From IMG/VR virus record IMGVR_UViG_3300005340_000003, positions 1-64,000 of that record: DNA of 64,000 nucleotides; one strand, 5' to 3'. The DNA is from a virus. Position numbers and translations under genes: made by a program. Positions 1 to 10,249 of the stretch are shown one piece after another; within the stretch, counting starts at the first letter, position 1; the number at the start of each line of letters is the position of its first letter. A model generated the notes under the pieces. That model saw only the letters and a list, made by a program, of their open reading frames with translations. It made no database searches and was not told where the DNA came from.

Positions 1-8
1 AAGAATTT

Positions 9-1004
9 GTGAACTATAATGACAACGTGGAATCCGCGAAGGCTTTTATTTCCAGTGCTAAGGCGGTTCCCGTCAAGGATACAAAGACGGTAATCCAGGA
101 CGGAAAACAAAAAACCGTAATTACGGAAACGCCTCAGCATGTAAATAGTTTCGGACAGGTAGTCCCCGAAAAAGATTTAGCAGACGCTTACAAATACGCC
201 ACGATGACTCCGAGTATGTGGCGGCACATGGGCAAGCCTCAGTTTGCCGAATTATCGAGGATTAAGCCCGGAAAATTTGGCGGGGGAATGACCGGTCCAT
301 TGAGCGAACCTGAAGTAACTGCAAAAACAACTGCTGTGACTACACCAACTGTTGTCGAACCCGAACCTTCGGCGATTGTGACCGAGACTAAGGAAATTCC
401 CGTGGACAAATCAACCGTAAAGGCACCTACAGAAGCGCAACAACGCGCCGAATTAGCGTTGGCGAGGTTTTCTTCGTCCAACGACGTGTTCAATTATTTG
501 CAACAGCGTGGATACGATCCGACCACAGTTACGTCCTGGGTGAATAGTTTTCTTCCCGAGATTCTGAAGAGCGGTGATCGTAAAACTTATGACGCAGCCG
601 TTGATGCCTGGTCCCAAGGTTTGCTCCGGCTTGAGTCTGGTGCCGCGATTTCGAAGCAAGAGAAAACTTGGTATGACAAAGCATTTTTCCCACAAGTGAA
701 CGACCCACCTACGGTGGTTGAAAACAAATCGAGGATGCGACGGGACATCGAACGAATGGTTGGAGAAATTGCACAGGCCGGAGGAATCGATTCTCCGGAA
801 TCGAAAGCACAAGTGGCCCGCATTGCGGACGAAGCCAAAAAGGTCTATTCTGAAGCCGGTGCTGCGGCTGGCGTTCCGCCAAAAGGTGCAGCTACACGTT
901 TCCGTCCTCAAACTGGAGGTGCTAATGTCGCTCCAGTCACCACACTTTCCGGAGGGACAAATCTTACCTACGTTCCCGGAGTGGGCTTCAAATACGTAAA
1001 ATAA
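9..1004 (+). CDS. Putative DNA-ejection/internal virion protein (5'-truncated by window edge)
   Basis: Frame is open from the window start. LLRLESGAAIS...FFPQVND...K.R.R resembles a motif of phage injected proteins. Stop overlaps the start of the giant ORF. Confidence 0.55.
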   Translation: MNYNDNVESAKAFISSAKAVPVKDTKTVIQDGKQKTVITETPQHVNSFGQVVPEKDLADAYKYATMTPSMWRHMGKPQFAELSRIKPGKFGGGMTGPLSEPEVTAKTTAVTTPTVVEPEPSAIVTETKEIPVDKSTVKAPTEAQQRAELALARFSSSNDVFNYLQQRGYDPTTVTSWVNSFLPEILKSGDRKTYDAAVDAWSQGLLRLESGAAISKQEKTWYDKAFFPQVNDPPTVVENKSRMRRDIERMVGEIAQAGGIDSPESKAQVARIADEAKKVYSEAGAAAGVPPKGAATRFRPQTGGANVAPVTTLSGGTNLTYVPGVGFKYVK

Positions 1005-4000
1005 TGCCCCTCGATCCGCTAATCGCCGACGTGCCGTATGCGTCAGAGAATCCGCCTCCTACCGAGACTCCGAGCAATGTTTTTCACACCGAAGGTCCAG
1101 AACTCGAACAAGGCGGGCCGGCAGAAAAACCTCCGTTACAAATCGCCCCAGGCACCCCGACACTCGACGAGATTAAAGAATACCACCGTTTAAACGGCAC
1201 GGTTAATCCGATCATCGATCTGAGTGCGGAGGACATCGCGAAATTAGCGATTAACGATCCGGAAAATTTCCAACTCAGTAAGGCCATGATCGAACTCCGG
1301 CCTCAGTGGAACAAGGAGATCGTAAATAAAGCCGCCGACGCTTACAACCTACTCGAACGTCGCGGTTGGAAACCGCCGAAAGACTTGGGATTTTCTCAGC
1401 TTCCGAAAATGGTGAAGGAAACCGTTGCTGGCGCTGCGGATTGGTTGGGCGCGGTAGCTAAAGGTTCATTCGGTGTTCCGGCTTCTTTGGCGATGGAAAA
1501 AATCGACGAACTTTCGGGAATTTCCCCGGCTATCGACATTCGCCGTCGCCAGGAACTTCAGCAAGGAGTTTCTGAAGCTGCTGCGGCTACGGAGGCCAGC
1601 GTTACCGGGCTCGCGTTCCTGGGCGAGAAAGCGTGGAACAAACTTTTCGGCAAGAAACCTGAACTGAAAAATCAGCAGGAAAAATTAGAATCGCTGAAGG
1701 CTTTTCTCATTCCGCACCTCGCGCACGAAACAATTTCGAAAGGCGGAGGACTCGTCCAATACAGCCCCGAGATTCAGGCGGAGCAAGCGCAAGCTGGATT
1801 AGCCATTAGACCGGAGGAAGTGAACAAGAAAATTGCCGGTGATCCGGTGGGATTTTTGGCTTTCGGTAAAGGTCTCGAAGGTGTCGCCGGCTTGGTTGGA
1901 GTAACGAAACCAGTCGCTACTGCGGTCAGTAAAATTCCAGGATTGAAAAAAGCTGCGGCTGCGGTTGCTCCGGAGAAAATTGCCGGTGGCGCAATTGAAC
2001 TTGCGGGTGGAGCGGTTAAGGGAACGGCTAAAGTCGCTGAAGTCGTCGCTCCGGTCGCCGTTCCGGTTATCGGCGCGGTCGCGGGTGGGGACGTTCTCTC
2101 CAACCTCGGTCACGCGGCTGCGGGGGCTATTACCGGTGGATTAACGGCGATTCGTGGAGTTAAGCCGGTTCAGGCTGCGGCTCGGGCCGTCCAAAAAGGC
2201 GGAGAAGCGATTAAAACTTTCGGTCGCGAAGTCGCCGGCAAGGAGCTTCCGACAGGCGCGACTTCCCAACTTGCTCGGGATGTTTTTCAATCGTTGCCGA
2301 GTGCAGCCGGCGAAACGGCCAAAGGCGCAACGCTCGATCTCGGGCTTGCCGCGCTTACCGCAACGACTCCGGAAGATCAACAAGGGTTGCAACTCGGAAC
2401 AATTCTCGGAGCAGCCCAAGGGCTCAGACGGACCGGCGCATGGGTTGTAAGTGGTCAGAAAATCGCTCCTCGTGCTTGGGGTTCAAAGGGTGCAGTCGGA
2501 ACTTCCGGCGACTTGCCAATTTTCGACCGCATGCACAATGCCGCGTATTCGAGTGCTTCTCCGGCAGTGCGAGAGCACATGAATGCAGTCAGGCAGTTTT
2601 TGAAAGGTATCGGTGGCGATACTGAAGCTTTCATGGCAAACCCGGAGAATGTCCGGACGGCGGCTGACGGTCGCGTGGTGAACACCGACATCGAGAAAGC
2701 ACTAATCGATTCAGGATACGACGCTGCCACGGCTGAAGATTGGGCGAAACAAAACGGGATGTTCACCAAGGAATTTGCGGTCCCGGGCAAACCCGGCCAA
2801 ACGAAGCGAGTAATCATTGTCGCCGACGCTGACGCTGCCCCACATGAAGCGAAGCACGCTTTTCAAGACGTAATCGGCGAACAGGCCAATACCGTCATTG
2901 ACAAAGTTATTCGCGATACCTATTCCGATCAGTGGGAACAACTCGGTCAATCGTATGCGGAACAACTCCTCGGACGCCGTTTAAACGTTGGTGAATCCTG
3001 GAGAAATGTTGTTCTCGATGCTTCCGGCGCGGGCAACGAAGCAGCGAATCTGAAGATTTCAATGGAAGCGGCGAATAAATTCGCTGCCGACAACGGCGCA
3101 TTGCCGAAACCCGGTGACATTGCGGAACCTCCGCCACTCGATCCCGGTCAATGGAAAACCATTTTATCGGCAGACGATGCCGGAGCTGCGGCGGATCGTT
3201 ACATCTCTCGCGAAATTGCCGCCGAGACCTTCGATTCGATTTTCAAGAACCTGGGCGCGGCACTACAGGAAAAAACCGGGCTCGTTCCGTGGCTGGCGAA
3301 GGTTGTCGCAGCGACGACAGAGGCTCTCGGAGGTGACAGTTTACGCGGTCGCGGGACCACCCTCGGTTTCCCGTTACAGGAACCCGTCGTTCAAGCGATT
3401 AAAGGTCAGGTTCGAGAATTCGTTCCGGAAATTAAACCAAAAGCTCCTGGTGGAATATCGCCAACACCTCGGGCCGGCGCTCCTGCGCCATTGCCGAGTG
3501 GATCGCCGGTTCCGTTTACGCCGGAGGATCGCGCAGTTGCAGCCGAGGAAACTCGAAAAATTTCCGAGGGCGCTTCCGATACTCCGAAGGCTGGCGGCAC
3601 ACGATCCGACAAGGAACTCCTCGGAGAAATCGCTGCTGCACAAGCTGGCGGAGACGCAGTTAAAATCAACTATTTATCGGCACCCGATGAGCCGGCTGCG
3701 GCAATCAGCAGTAACCGGAACGTCCGAAGGCAGTTAATCGAAATGTTTCGCACGATGCCTGCGGCTGCGCGGAAATTGTGGGAGAAGAACTTTTTTCCAG
3801 AGCGCGTGCGACGGACCGCAAAGGGCAAAATTCAAGTCGGCGGTTGGGCACCGGAAGTTTTCGCGGCCAACGCGCACAAGACTGCGGAAATACTTTCACA
3901 ACTCGATCCGGCTCTCAGTCCGTATGAAATCGATAGAGTCAACAAAACGTTTACGGAGGCCGGCTGGAAGCAGCTTTTCGAAGACACCCAAAAATTCGTC

Positions 4001-7000
4001 CGAAACCAAATGGCAGGACAAACTGGTTCCGGCCAGTCGCTTGTCGTTCCGAGACAGATAACCGAAGCTGGTTTTTACAAACCGCCCGAGACTGCTGGTG
4101 CAGGCGTGCTCGACCAACGCAACGCTGATTTTATCAGTGCGATGTTCGGGATGAAGCTTCCGGAAACGACTCGTGTTACTGGAGGCAAGACTCCATTGAA
4201 CATTGCCGGTCAGGTGATCTCCCAGGCGACGATCCCGGGACGAGTTGAAGCACCTGTTCGGGCGCGTCCGGAGGGCGGCGTTTATCCGGAACCGTTCGAA
4301 GGGTTCGCCATTTCCGAAGTGAATCCCTGGAGGGCGGAATTTGAACTGGCTGTTCAATCAGCCGGCAAAACACTACCATCCACCATAGAAGCTTTTCAAT
4401 GGCTGAACCTGGATAACATCAAGGAAGTTCAACACACTCCGGAGCAACCGCAATTTCGCGGGAACACTCTAACGTTGCAGGCGGGATTTCAACCGAAACC
4501 GAACGATCCTCGGGCAATTCGGTCTCCTGCGGTCCGCGATGATACCGGAAAAGTTTTTGAGGGCACTTGGCATGGTGACGCAATCGGCAATGCAAGCATG
4601 ATGGGAAGTCGGACTCGATATGACGATTTCGAACACGGTTACACCACCAACACTCCGGGGGAATTCCTTAGTCGCGAGGATGCGTTGAAGAGAGCCACGG
4701 AATTGAATCAGGTATCGAAAGAATTCTCAGACACGCGGGAGGGTCTCGAAGCTTTTGAATTTGGTAAGGCTAGACAGTTTCAGCCGCAACCAGCGAAGGA
4801 AATCGAAGTTGAAGGTCCGGATGGAAACAAATACAAGGTCCGGTTCGACGGTTACTACGATCTGACGGCCCTCGGTAAAGGATTCGTGCCGGCGATTACC
4901 GCCCTCGAAGATTTGCCGGGATCGCTCACCAAGCTATCGAGCGGAATGGGTAAATCGCTCACTGACGCCGGGTATAAGCTGCCGGAGTTGCCGGCACCTG
5001 AAGGGGAAGTCACACAATTTGCGCCGAGACGCCGAACCGACGATTACGAGACCCTGAATAAACAGTTCGCCCAGGAGCATCCGAATAACGCGGGTATGCG
5101 ATTCGTAGAGGGGTTTGAAAAGGCATATAGAAAAGACCCGGAGCTTAAATCCTTGATGGAGGGAGTCTATTTTCAAAGGTTGTCGAAAGACAATTTTCCC
5201 GATGCTTTTTACGATCAAGCTAAAAACATCGCAGACTCTTTTGGAAAGCCGACCAATAATGCTGAGACGGATTTGCAAAATTATCTTGCGGACACATATC
5301 CCGACTTAGTGGATGAAATCAATCTCTCCCAGGATTATTTTCAGTCATTGCTACTCACTCCAGAGAAGGAACTTCAACAAATCCCCGCTATCGTTGAAGC
5401 TAGACAAAATTTCGCCTTCGGCAAAATAGTGCAGGAAGGTTTCGATGCACGAGAAGCGGAACGTTTCCTCAACGACTGGCGCGATGAAGGGTATTCAGAA
5501 GTAGCGTCCAAGAATCCGGCACTCGCGAAATGGATCGACGATAATCTGCGCTCCGGCAGCGCACAGCAGGCCGCGCAGTTCCAGCCGAAGGCATCGGAGG
5601 AAGAAGGAGTAAGACGAGTGGTTTCTGCCCCAGGATTAGAGCACGGTGGAATTACTGAACCGATTTTGAGTTTTGTTGAACCTGGAGAATTTCGATCAAC
5701 TTTAAATCGATACCGGGATTGGTTGATGGATGTTAAGGGTTTGACTAAAGAAGAGGCAGAAACACGTCTCAGGGGAATCCTTCAGTTCCAACCTCGAAAG
5801 GAGGGCGAAGAAGTCCGAGTCGGAATTCCGAGTTTTCGCGCTACGGGAGGAAATCGTCCAAGTGGTGCCGCTCCGATGATGATGTTTAAGGATACGGGGG
5901 ACGAGACCCGGTATTTTAAGTTTTTGCAGGAAGTAAAGGGGATGACGGAAGAGCAGGCCGCAAACGAAATCTTACGTTTAAGCCAATTTCAACCGAGACG
6001 AAAAACTCCGGAGGAAGATAACATCGCGAAAATCGGCGATGAGTCTTTCGCAATTTTCTCCCCGCGCAGCCGCAAGGAAGAGAAAGACCAAATCGGACCG
6101 GTGCCCAGGCCAGCAATCGACCGCGAAGAGCGACGAATCCGTGGACTCACCCAGGAAGAACAGCAGACCCCGGAAACGGCATTCTCTCCGCGAAAACGCG
6201 AGAAGGAGGACGATCTCCGAATATTGCCAACGAGTTTCGGAGCGGCGAGCAAAGCCTGGATACTCCCGAATGGCAAGGTCGAACAACTCGGTGCTGAGTG
6301 GCATCACCAATGGCTCGACGAGCATCCGGAAATTCAGGCGAAATACGGTCTGAAGGTTCCGGCGTTTGAGGGGACCGATACTGAAGGCGTCCGAGAGGCC
6401 GCGTTGAAAAAGGGATTCTCTCGCGTCAACCTGGAGAATGGCAACCTCATCGTGGAAGCTCGCGAAAAGGATTGGCGCTCCGTTCGTCCGATTGTAGAAG
6501 ACATGATCGAGCGGAATCTCGATGACATCGACAAGTTCCGAGTGCATCTGTTGAATGATGCCGTGGACAAAGTGACCAAAAGTCTTTCCGAGAAGCTTTT
6601 CGACGCGGACACCGACAAGGAAAAACTCGACCGGGTTTACAATACCCTCTCCGAGCGTCCACAAACTGAACTTGAGACGAAGTTCCAACCGAAGACCACG
6701 AAGGAAGAGGATTTAACCGGAACGAAAATAGTCCCGCCAACCGCAAGTCCGATGGAACAGGCGTTGGTTCGGGCACTCGATGCCTGGGCGGAGAATCAGA
6801 AAAAGCAGTCGAAGAAAGACGCTGAGGAATGGCTGCGGACACATGGCGCTTTGCCGCCAGAGGGAGAAGTCGCTTTTCAACCGTCAACGGAAGTTCGGAA
6901 TGTTGCTAAAAAATATTCAGAGGAAGAAGGAATCGATTACAAACCTCTCGGTGCCCCGCTTGCCGTAAAAGAAGGTCTCGCAAAACGGATCGCTGATTTT

Positions 7001-8869
7001 TACGATACCGCGAAGCATGATCCGAACGATCCGGAAGTTGTGAAATCTTACGATGCTCTCGGTGAAGAGACAGTTAAACAATATCACGCGATTGAGGATG
7101 CGGGATACACCATCGAGCCCTGGAAAAAAGCGGGCGAACCATACGCTTCGAGTGCGGAAATGCTGAAGGACGTTCAGGAAAATAAACATCTTTGGTATCT
7201 TCCGACAACTGGGAATTTTCAAGATGCTGGAAATAACCTCATGCTTCGGCCTTCGGGAGTTGAGGGCGTTTCGTATAACGATTTGTTCCGTGCTGTTCAT
7301 GACTTTTTCGGTCATGCCCAAGAGGGATACCAATTCGGACCGAGGGGAGAGCTTAATGCCTGGAATGCTCACTCGGAGATGTATTCTCCGGAAGCGCAAG
7401 GCGCACTCGCGGCTGAGACTCTCGCACAGAATTCCTGGGTGAACTTCGGAAAACACATGCGAGACGAGGCCGGCAACATCCCCAAACTCGGAGAGGCCGG
7501 ATATAAACCATTACCCGAACGTCCGTTTGCTGAACAGAAAAACATCGTCATTCCGAAAGACCTAATTTCGGAAGCGAAACAATCGGCACAGTTTCAACCG
7601 CGTGACGACCAGGAACAACTTTTTGGCGGCAAGGAATACATTTCCCCGGCTAATTTCACTCGGGCCGAGTTGCTGGATCGTCATCCGGAAGCAATCGTTC
7701 CGAAGAACAGCAACGAAAAAATCGCCTCAGACATTACGGGTTCCCCGCTCTATCGCAAGTCCGACGATCCGGTTCAGGCGTTCGCGGATAAACTCGCCGC
7801 GTTCGCGAAGACGTATGCCGACAACCCGGTTTATCAACTCGGTCTCAAGTGGTATTCGGATTTCGTGCCGGCACTGAAGAAACAATTTGGAAAAGACGCT
7901 CCGATGATGGCGGAACTTCTCGCGGCATCGAGCCCGAATGAAACTCCGACACAGAACTTTTTCTATGCGGCGGATGCTCTTCAAGGCTTCCGATCCGGTC
8001 GCTTCGACAAAATCATCGACAAATTCAATCAGGGATTCGATTTGATGAAGGATGACAAGTGGCTAGGCTGGTATAACAAGGAATTGAAGGCCGGAAATAT
8101 CCCGGATGCTCCAGCTACACCGACTCCTGAAGCGTTCATGGCGCACTGGATTTTCAAGCACGGCCTGAAGCCGAAGCAATCGAATGGTGCGCTATACGGT
8201 TTTCACGGGAAAGCGATTCTTGAAGTAATGGCTCGAAAATGGATAAACGAAAACAAAGGACCGAAGGTCGCTAACTTCGTGCAGAATCTTCTCGGAACGG
8301 GCCACGAAGCGACCATCGACGTATGGGCTGACCGAACAATGCGCCGGCTCGGATATGCCGACACAAAAGATCGTTGGAGAATTTTACCGAAGAATGCTGA
8401 GGGTGTAAGTGATGCCGATTTCGAATTCGCGCAGCAAGCTTTTCGTGAGGCCGCGAAGCAACTCGGTATTAAACCGGATGCACTTCAGGGCGGTCTCTGG
8501 TTTGCCGAAAAGCAGTTGTGGGCTGATAATGGTTGGGGCCGGCTTGATCTCGGAAGTTACATGAAGGAGATGGAAAATTTGCCATTGATTCAGCAGTCAA
8601 TTAAGCAACGACTCAAAACCACAGAGTTGAAGAAAAAAGCTGTGCCGATGGAGCAAACTGGATTACAATTCCAACCAATGAACAAATATAGAATAGGGCC
8701 TTACGGACGGACGGACACGGTGGTAGAAGCCGAGAACACCGAAAAAGCTTTTAGAAAATACGAACGAGAACGGGGGGTTCGTAAAGGAAGCATTCAATCT
8801 AAAGTTTTGACTGTCCGTCCCGTGACTCCGGAAACCGACATCGAAGTTAAACCGAGGAATGTCCGATGA
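1004..8869 (+). CDS. Giant polyvalent virion protein (2621 aa): HExxH metallopeptidase plus multiple C-terminal cargo modules
   Basis: Gly/Ala-rich hydrophobic N-terminal region; HEAKH at 2843-2857 with downstream EIAAE; 12 F-[QSA]-P linkers between 4487 and 8677; late module with GPKVANFVQNL...TIDVW (HhH glycosylase-like). Confidence 0.7.
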   Translation: MPLDPLIADVPYASENPPPTETPSNVFHTEGPELEQGGPAEKPPLQIAPGTPTLDEIKEYHRLNGTVNPIIDLSAEDIAKLAINDPENFQLSKAMIELRPQWNKEIVNKAADAYNLLERRGWKPPKDLGFSQLPKMVKETVAGAADWLGAVAKGSFGVPASLAMEKIDELSGISPAIDIRRRQELQQGVSEAAAATEASVTGLAFLGEKAWNKLFGKKPELKNQQEKLESLKAFLIPHLAHETISKGGGLVQYSPEIQAEQAQAGLAIRPEEVNKKIAGDPVGFLAFGKGLEGVAGLVGVTKPVATAVSKIPGLKKAAAAVAPEKIAGGAIELAGGAVKGTAKVAEVVAPVAVPVIGAVAGGDVLSNLGHAAAGAITGGLTAIRGVKPVQAAARAVQKGGEAIKTFGREVAGKELPTGATSQLARDVFQSLPSAAGETAKGATLDLGLAALTATTPEDQQGLQLGTILGAAQGLRRTGAWVVSGQKIAPRAWGSKGAVGTSGDLPIFDRMHNAAYSSASPAVREHMNAVRQFLKGIGGDTEAFMANPENVRTAADGRVVNTDIEKALIDSGYDAATAEDWAKQNGMFTKEFAVPGKPGQTKRVIIVADADAAPHEAKHAFQDVIGEQANTVIDKVIRDTYSDQWEQLGQSYAEQLLGRRLNVGESWRNVVLDASGAGNEAANLKISMEAANKFAADNGALPKPGDIAEPPPLDPGQWKTILSADDAGAAADRYISREIAAETFDSIFKNLGAALQEKTGLVPWLAKVVAATTEALGGDSLRGRGTTLGFPLQEPVVQAIKGQVREFVPEIKPKAPGGISPTPRAGAPAPLPSGSPVPFTPEDRAVAAEETRKISEGASDTPKAGGTRSDKELLGEIAAAQAGGDAVKINYLSAPDEPAAAISSNRNVRRQLIEMFRTMPAAARKLWEKNFFPERVRRTAKGKIQVGGWAPEVFAANAHKTAEILSQLDPALSPYEIDRVNKTFTEAGWKQLFEDTQKFVRNQMAGQTGSGQSLVVPRQITEAGFYKPPETAGAGVLDQRNADFISAMFGMKLPETTRVTGGKTPLNIAGQVISQATIPGRVEAPVRARPEGGVYPEPFEGFAISEVNPWRAEFELAVQSAGKTLPSTIEAFQWLNLDNIKEVQHTPEQPQFRGNTLTLQAGFQPKPNDPRAIRSPAVRDDTGKVFEGTWHGDAIGNASMMGSRTRYDDFEHGYTTNTPGEFLSREDALKRATELNQVSKEFSDTREGLEAFEFGKARQFQPQPAKEIEVEGPDGNKYKVRFDGYYDLTALGKGFVPAITALEDLPGSLTKLSSGMGKSLTDAGYKLPELPAPEGEVTQFAPRRRTDDYETLNKQFAQEHPNNAGMRFVEGFEKAYRKDPELKSLMEGVYFQRLSKDNFPDAFYDQAKNIADSFGKPTNNAETDLQNYLADTYPDLVDEINLSQDYFQSLLLTPEKELQQIPAIVEARQNFAFGKIVQEGFDAREAERFLNDWRDEGYSEVASKNPALAKWIDDNLRSGSAQQAAQFQPKASEEEGVRRVVSAPGLEHGGITEPILSFVEPGEFRSTLNRYRDWLMDVKGLTKEEAETRLRGILQFQPRKEGEEVRVGIPSFRATGGNRPSGAAPMMMFKDTGDETRYFKFLQEVKGMTEEQAANEILRLSQFQPRRKTPEEDNIAKIGDESFAIFSPRSRKEEKDQIGPVPRPAIDREERRIRGLTQEEQQTPETAFSPRKREKEDDLRILPTSFGAASKAWILPNGKVEQLGAEWHHQWLDEHPEIQAKYGLKVPAFEGTDTEGVREAALKKGFSRVNLENGNLIVEAREKDWRSVRPIVEDMIERNLDDIDKFRVHLLNDAVDKVTKSLSEKLFDADTDKEKLDRVYNTLSERPQTELETKFQPKTTKEEDLTGTKIVPPTASPMEQALVRALDAWAENQKKQSKKDAEEWLRTHGALPPEGEVAFQPSTEVRNVAKKYSEEEGIDYKPLGAPLAVKEGLAKRIADFYDTAKHDPNDPEVVKSYDALGEETVKQYHAIEDAGYTIEPWKKAGEPYASSAEMLKDVQENKHLWYLPTTGNFQDAGNNLMLRPSGVEGVSYNDLFRAVHDFFGHAQEGYQFGPRGELNAWNAHSEMYSPEAQGALAAETLAQNSWVNFGKHMRDEAGNIPKLGEAGYKPLPERPFAEQKNIVIPKDLISEAKQSAQFQPRDDQEQLFGGKEYISPANFTRAELLDRHPEAIVPKNSNEKIASDITGSPLYRKSDDPVQAFADKLAAFAKTYADNPVYQLGLKWYSDFVPALKKQFGKDAPMMAELLAASSPNETPTQNFFYAADALQGFRSGRFDKIIDKFNQGFDLMKDDKWLGWYNKELKAGNIPDAPATPTPEAFMAHWIFKHGLKPKQSNGALYGFHGKAILEVMARKWINENKGPKVANFVQNLLGTGHEATIDVWADRTMRRLGYADTKDRWRILPKNAEGVSDADFEFAQQAFREAAKQLGIKPDALQGGLWFAEKQLWADNGWGRLDLGSYMKEMENLPLIQQSIKQRLKTTELKKKAVPMEQTGLQFQPMNKYRIGPYGRTDTVVEAENTEKAFRKYERERGVRKGSIQSKVLTVRPVTPETDIEVKPRNVR

Positions 8870-9030
8870 AAGAAAAGATCACAGAACAACAGAAGGCGGC
8901 AGCAGTCGCGGCACGAATTACCGGCGACGATCTGACGGATTTCATGGATCGAGTCGCTGAACGATTAACCCTTTATGATAAAGCCGCCGAGGAAAGCGTT
9001 GTAGCGCGTCCGGTAAAATCTGACCACTGA
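8866..9030 (+). CDS. Small hypothetical protein (54 aa)
   Basis: ATGA overlap with the stop of the giant ORF; MKEKITEQQK...VKSDH fills the gap. Confidence 0.5.
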   Translation: MKEKITEQQKAAAVAARITGDDLTDFMDRVAERLTLYDKAAEESVVARPVKSDH

Positions 9031-9035
9031 TTACT

Positions 9036-9656
9036 ATGGCAAAGACAATGATCGACCCGAATGAAGTAGAAGCCGCACCAGCCGCGCCTGAAGAATTCGC
9101 ACCCGCGCCGATGCCGGAATCAAATCTGCCGGATGAGTTGCTGAATATCCCGGCGATTCAAGGCATCCTCGCCGGAGCACCTCCGGCATTCTCCGCCAAA
9201 ATCAAGGGTGCCGAGAAGTCCGACCAGGGCAAACTGATTATTAAGCACAAATCCGACCTGGAGGACGCTGGCATTCGTTTTTACCGGTCGTTATCAGGCG
9301 ACACGGCGGTAATTTTCAACGCGCTTCAACTGAACGGTGAAGACCTGAAGGCGGCTGACAAAGCCGGCAAACTGCTACAGATTGCGCCTCCGTTCGAACA
9401 GGTAAACTCTGAGATAGCCAAAATGGGACCAGACCAGCATCCGAGCCTCAATCCGAAGGCCGTTCCTGGCTCCCCTGCGGGGCCTACATCGCCGAATCCG
9501 CCTCAATCGGCTCAATTCCCCATGCCGGCTAACTCCGGGGCTGCTACAGCCCGCCTGAAGGCCCAACTGACTAATTTGAAGCCCCAGGCACCTACTGCCG
9601 GGGCTCGACCTGGGCAGGGAAGACTACTCAATTCGATTTTGAAGCCAGTGTTATGA
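9036..9656 (+). CDS. Hypothetical protein, last gene of the + strand virion block
   Basis: 206-aa ORF with Pro-rich termini. Confidence 0.7.
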   Translation: MAKTMIDPNEVEAAPAAPEEFAPAPMPESNLPDELLNIPAIQGILAGAPPAFSAKIKGAEKSDQGKLIIKHKSDLEDAGIRFYRSLSGDTAVIFNALQLNGEDLKAADKAGKLLQIAPPFEQVNSEIAKMGPDQHPSLNPKAVPGSPAGPTSPNPPQSAQFPMPANSGAATARLKAQLTNLKPQAPTAGARPGQGRLLNSILKPVL

Positions 9657-9969
9657 AGGGGTCTATCGGTTTCAACGCCTGGGCGTCTTCCCAATTTCTG
9701 AATCTTACCGGAACGGGATCGTCTCTCCAGACCGGAGGATGACCGGGAATTTCGTTTAAACGCGGATGAATTATTGGAAACCGTCCGGTTGGAAAATGGA
9801 ATCCAATTTCGTAGGGCGCATTTTCCCACTCCGGATTTATGATCCAGATGTCTCCTGATTTCTTCCAGACCGGATATTTCCAACACCGATCAAAAGTAAT
9901 CGCCGGAGGCAACACCACCGTCCCGGCGACGGCGGCTGATAGCGTTTTGAAAAAGCTTCTACGGTTCAT
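9628..9969 (-). CDS. Small protein with twin-arginine (Tat)-type signal, paralog 1
   Basis: MNRRSFFKTLSAAVAGTVVLPP matches RRxF(L/F)K plus a hydrophobic stretch. Confidence 0.65.
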   Translation of the reverse strand: MNRRSFFKTLSAAVAGTVVLPPAITFDRCWKYPVWKKSGDIWIINPEWENAPYEIGFHFPTGRFPIIHPRLNEIPGHPPVWRDDPVPVRFRNWEDAQALKPIDPFITLASKSN

Positions 9970-10249
9970 ACACCTGAAGTTGGAAACCGGTTACGCCCTG
10001 CCCCAAAGGAAAAATCCCACCTTCAACGTGAGTGATCCACGGACTGTATTTTTCTAAGGCCCGTGCAACTTCTCCCTGTAACCTACAGGAATCCTTCACC
10101 AGAATCCACTCATACTCGCCCATGTAGTCCTCGGGCCTCCAAATGTTGCCCATGCGTTTCCAGCACCGATCAAAAGTAATCGACGGCGGAGCGATGATGA
10201 CGCCTGCGGCTGCGGTCGCGAGGGATTTGAAAAAGCTTCGGCGGTTCAT
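9959..10249 (-). CDS. Small protein with twin-arginine (Tat)-type signal, paralog 2
   Basis: MNRRSFFKSLATAAAGVIIAPPSITFDRCWK; ATG at 10249 overlaps the upstream stop. Confidence 0.65.
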   Translation of the reverse strand: MNRRSFFKSLATAAAGVIIAPPSITFDRCWKRMGNIWRPEDYMGEYEWILVKDSCRLQGEVARALEKYSPWITHVEGGIFPLGQGVTGFQLQVYEP

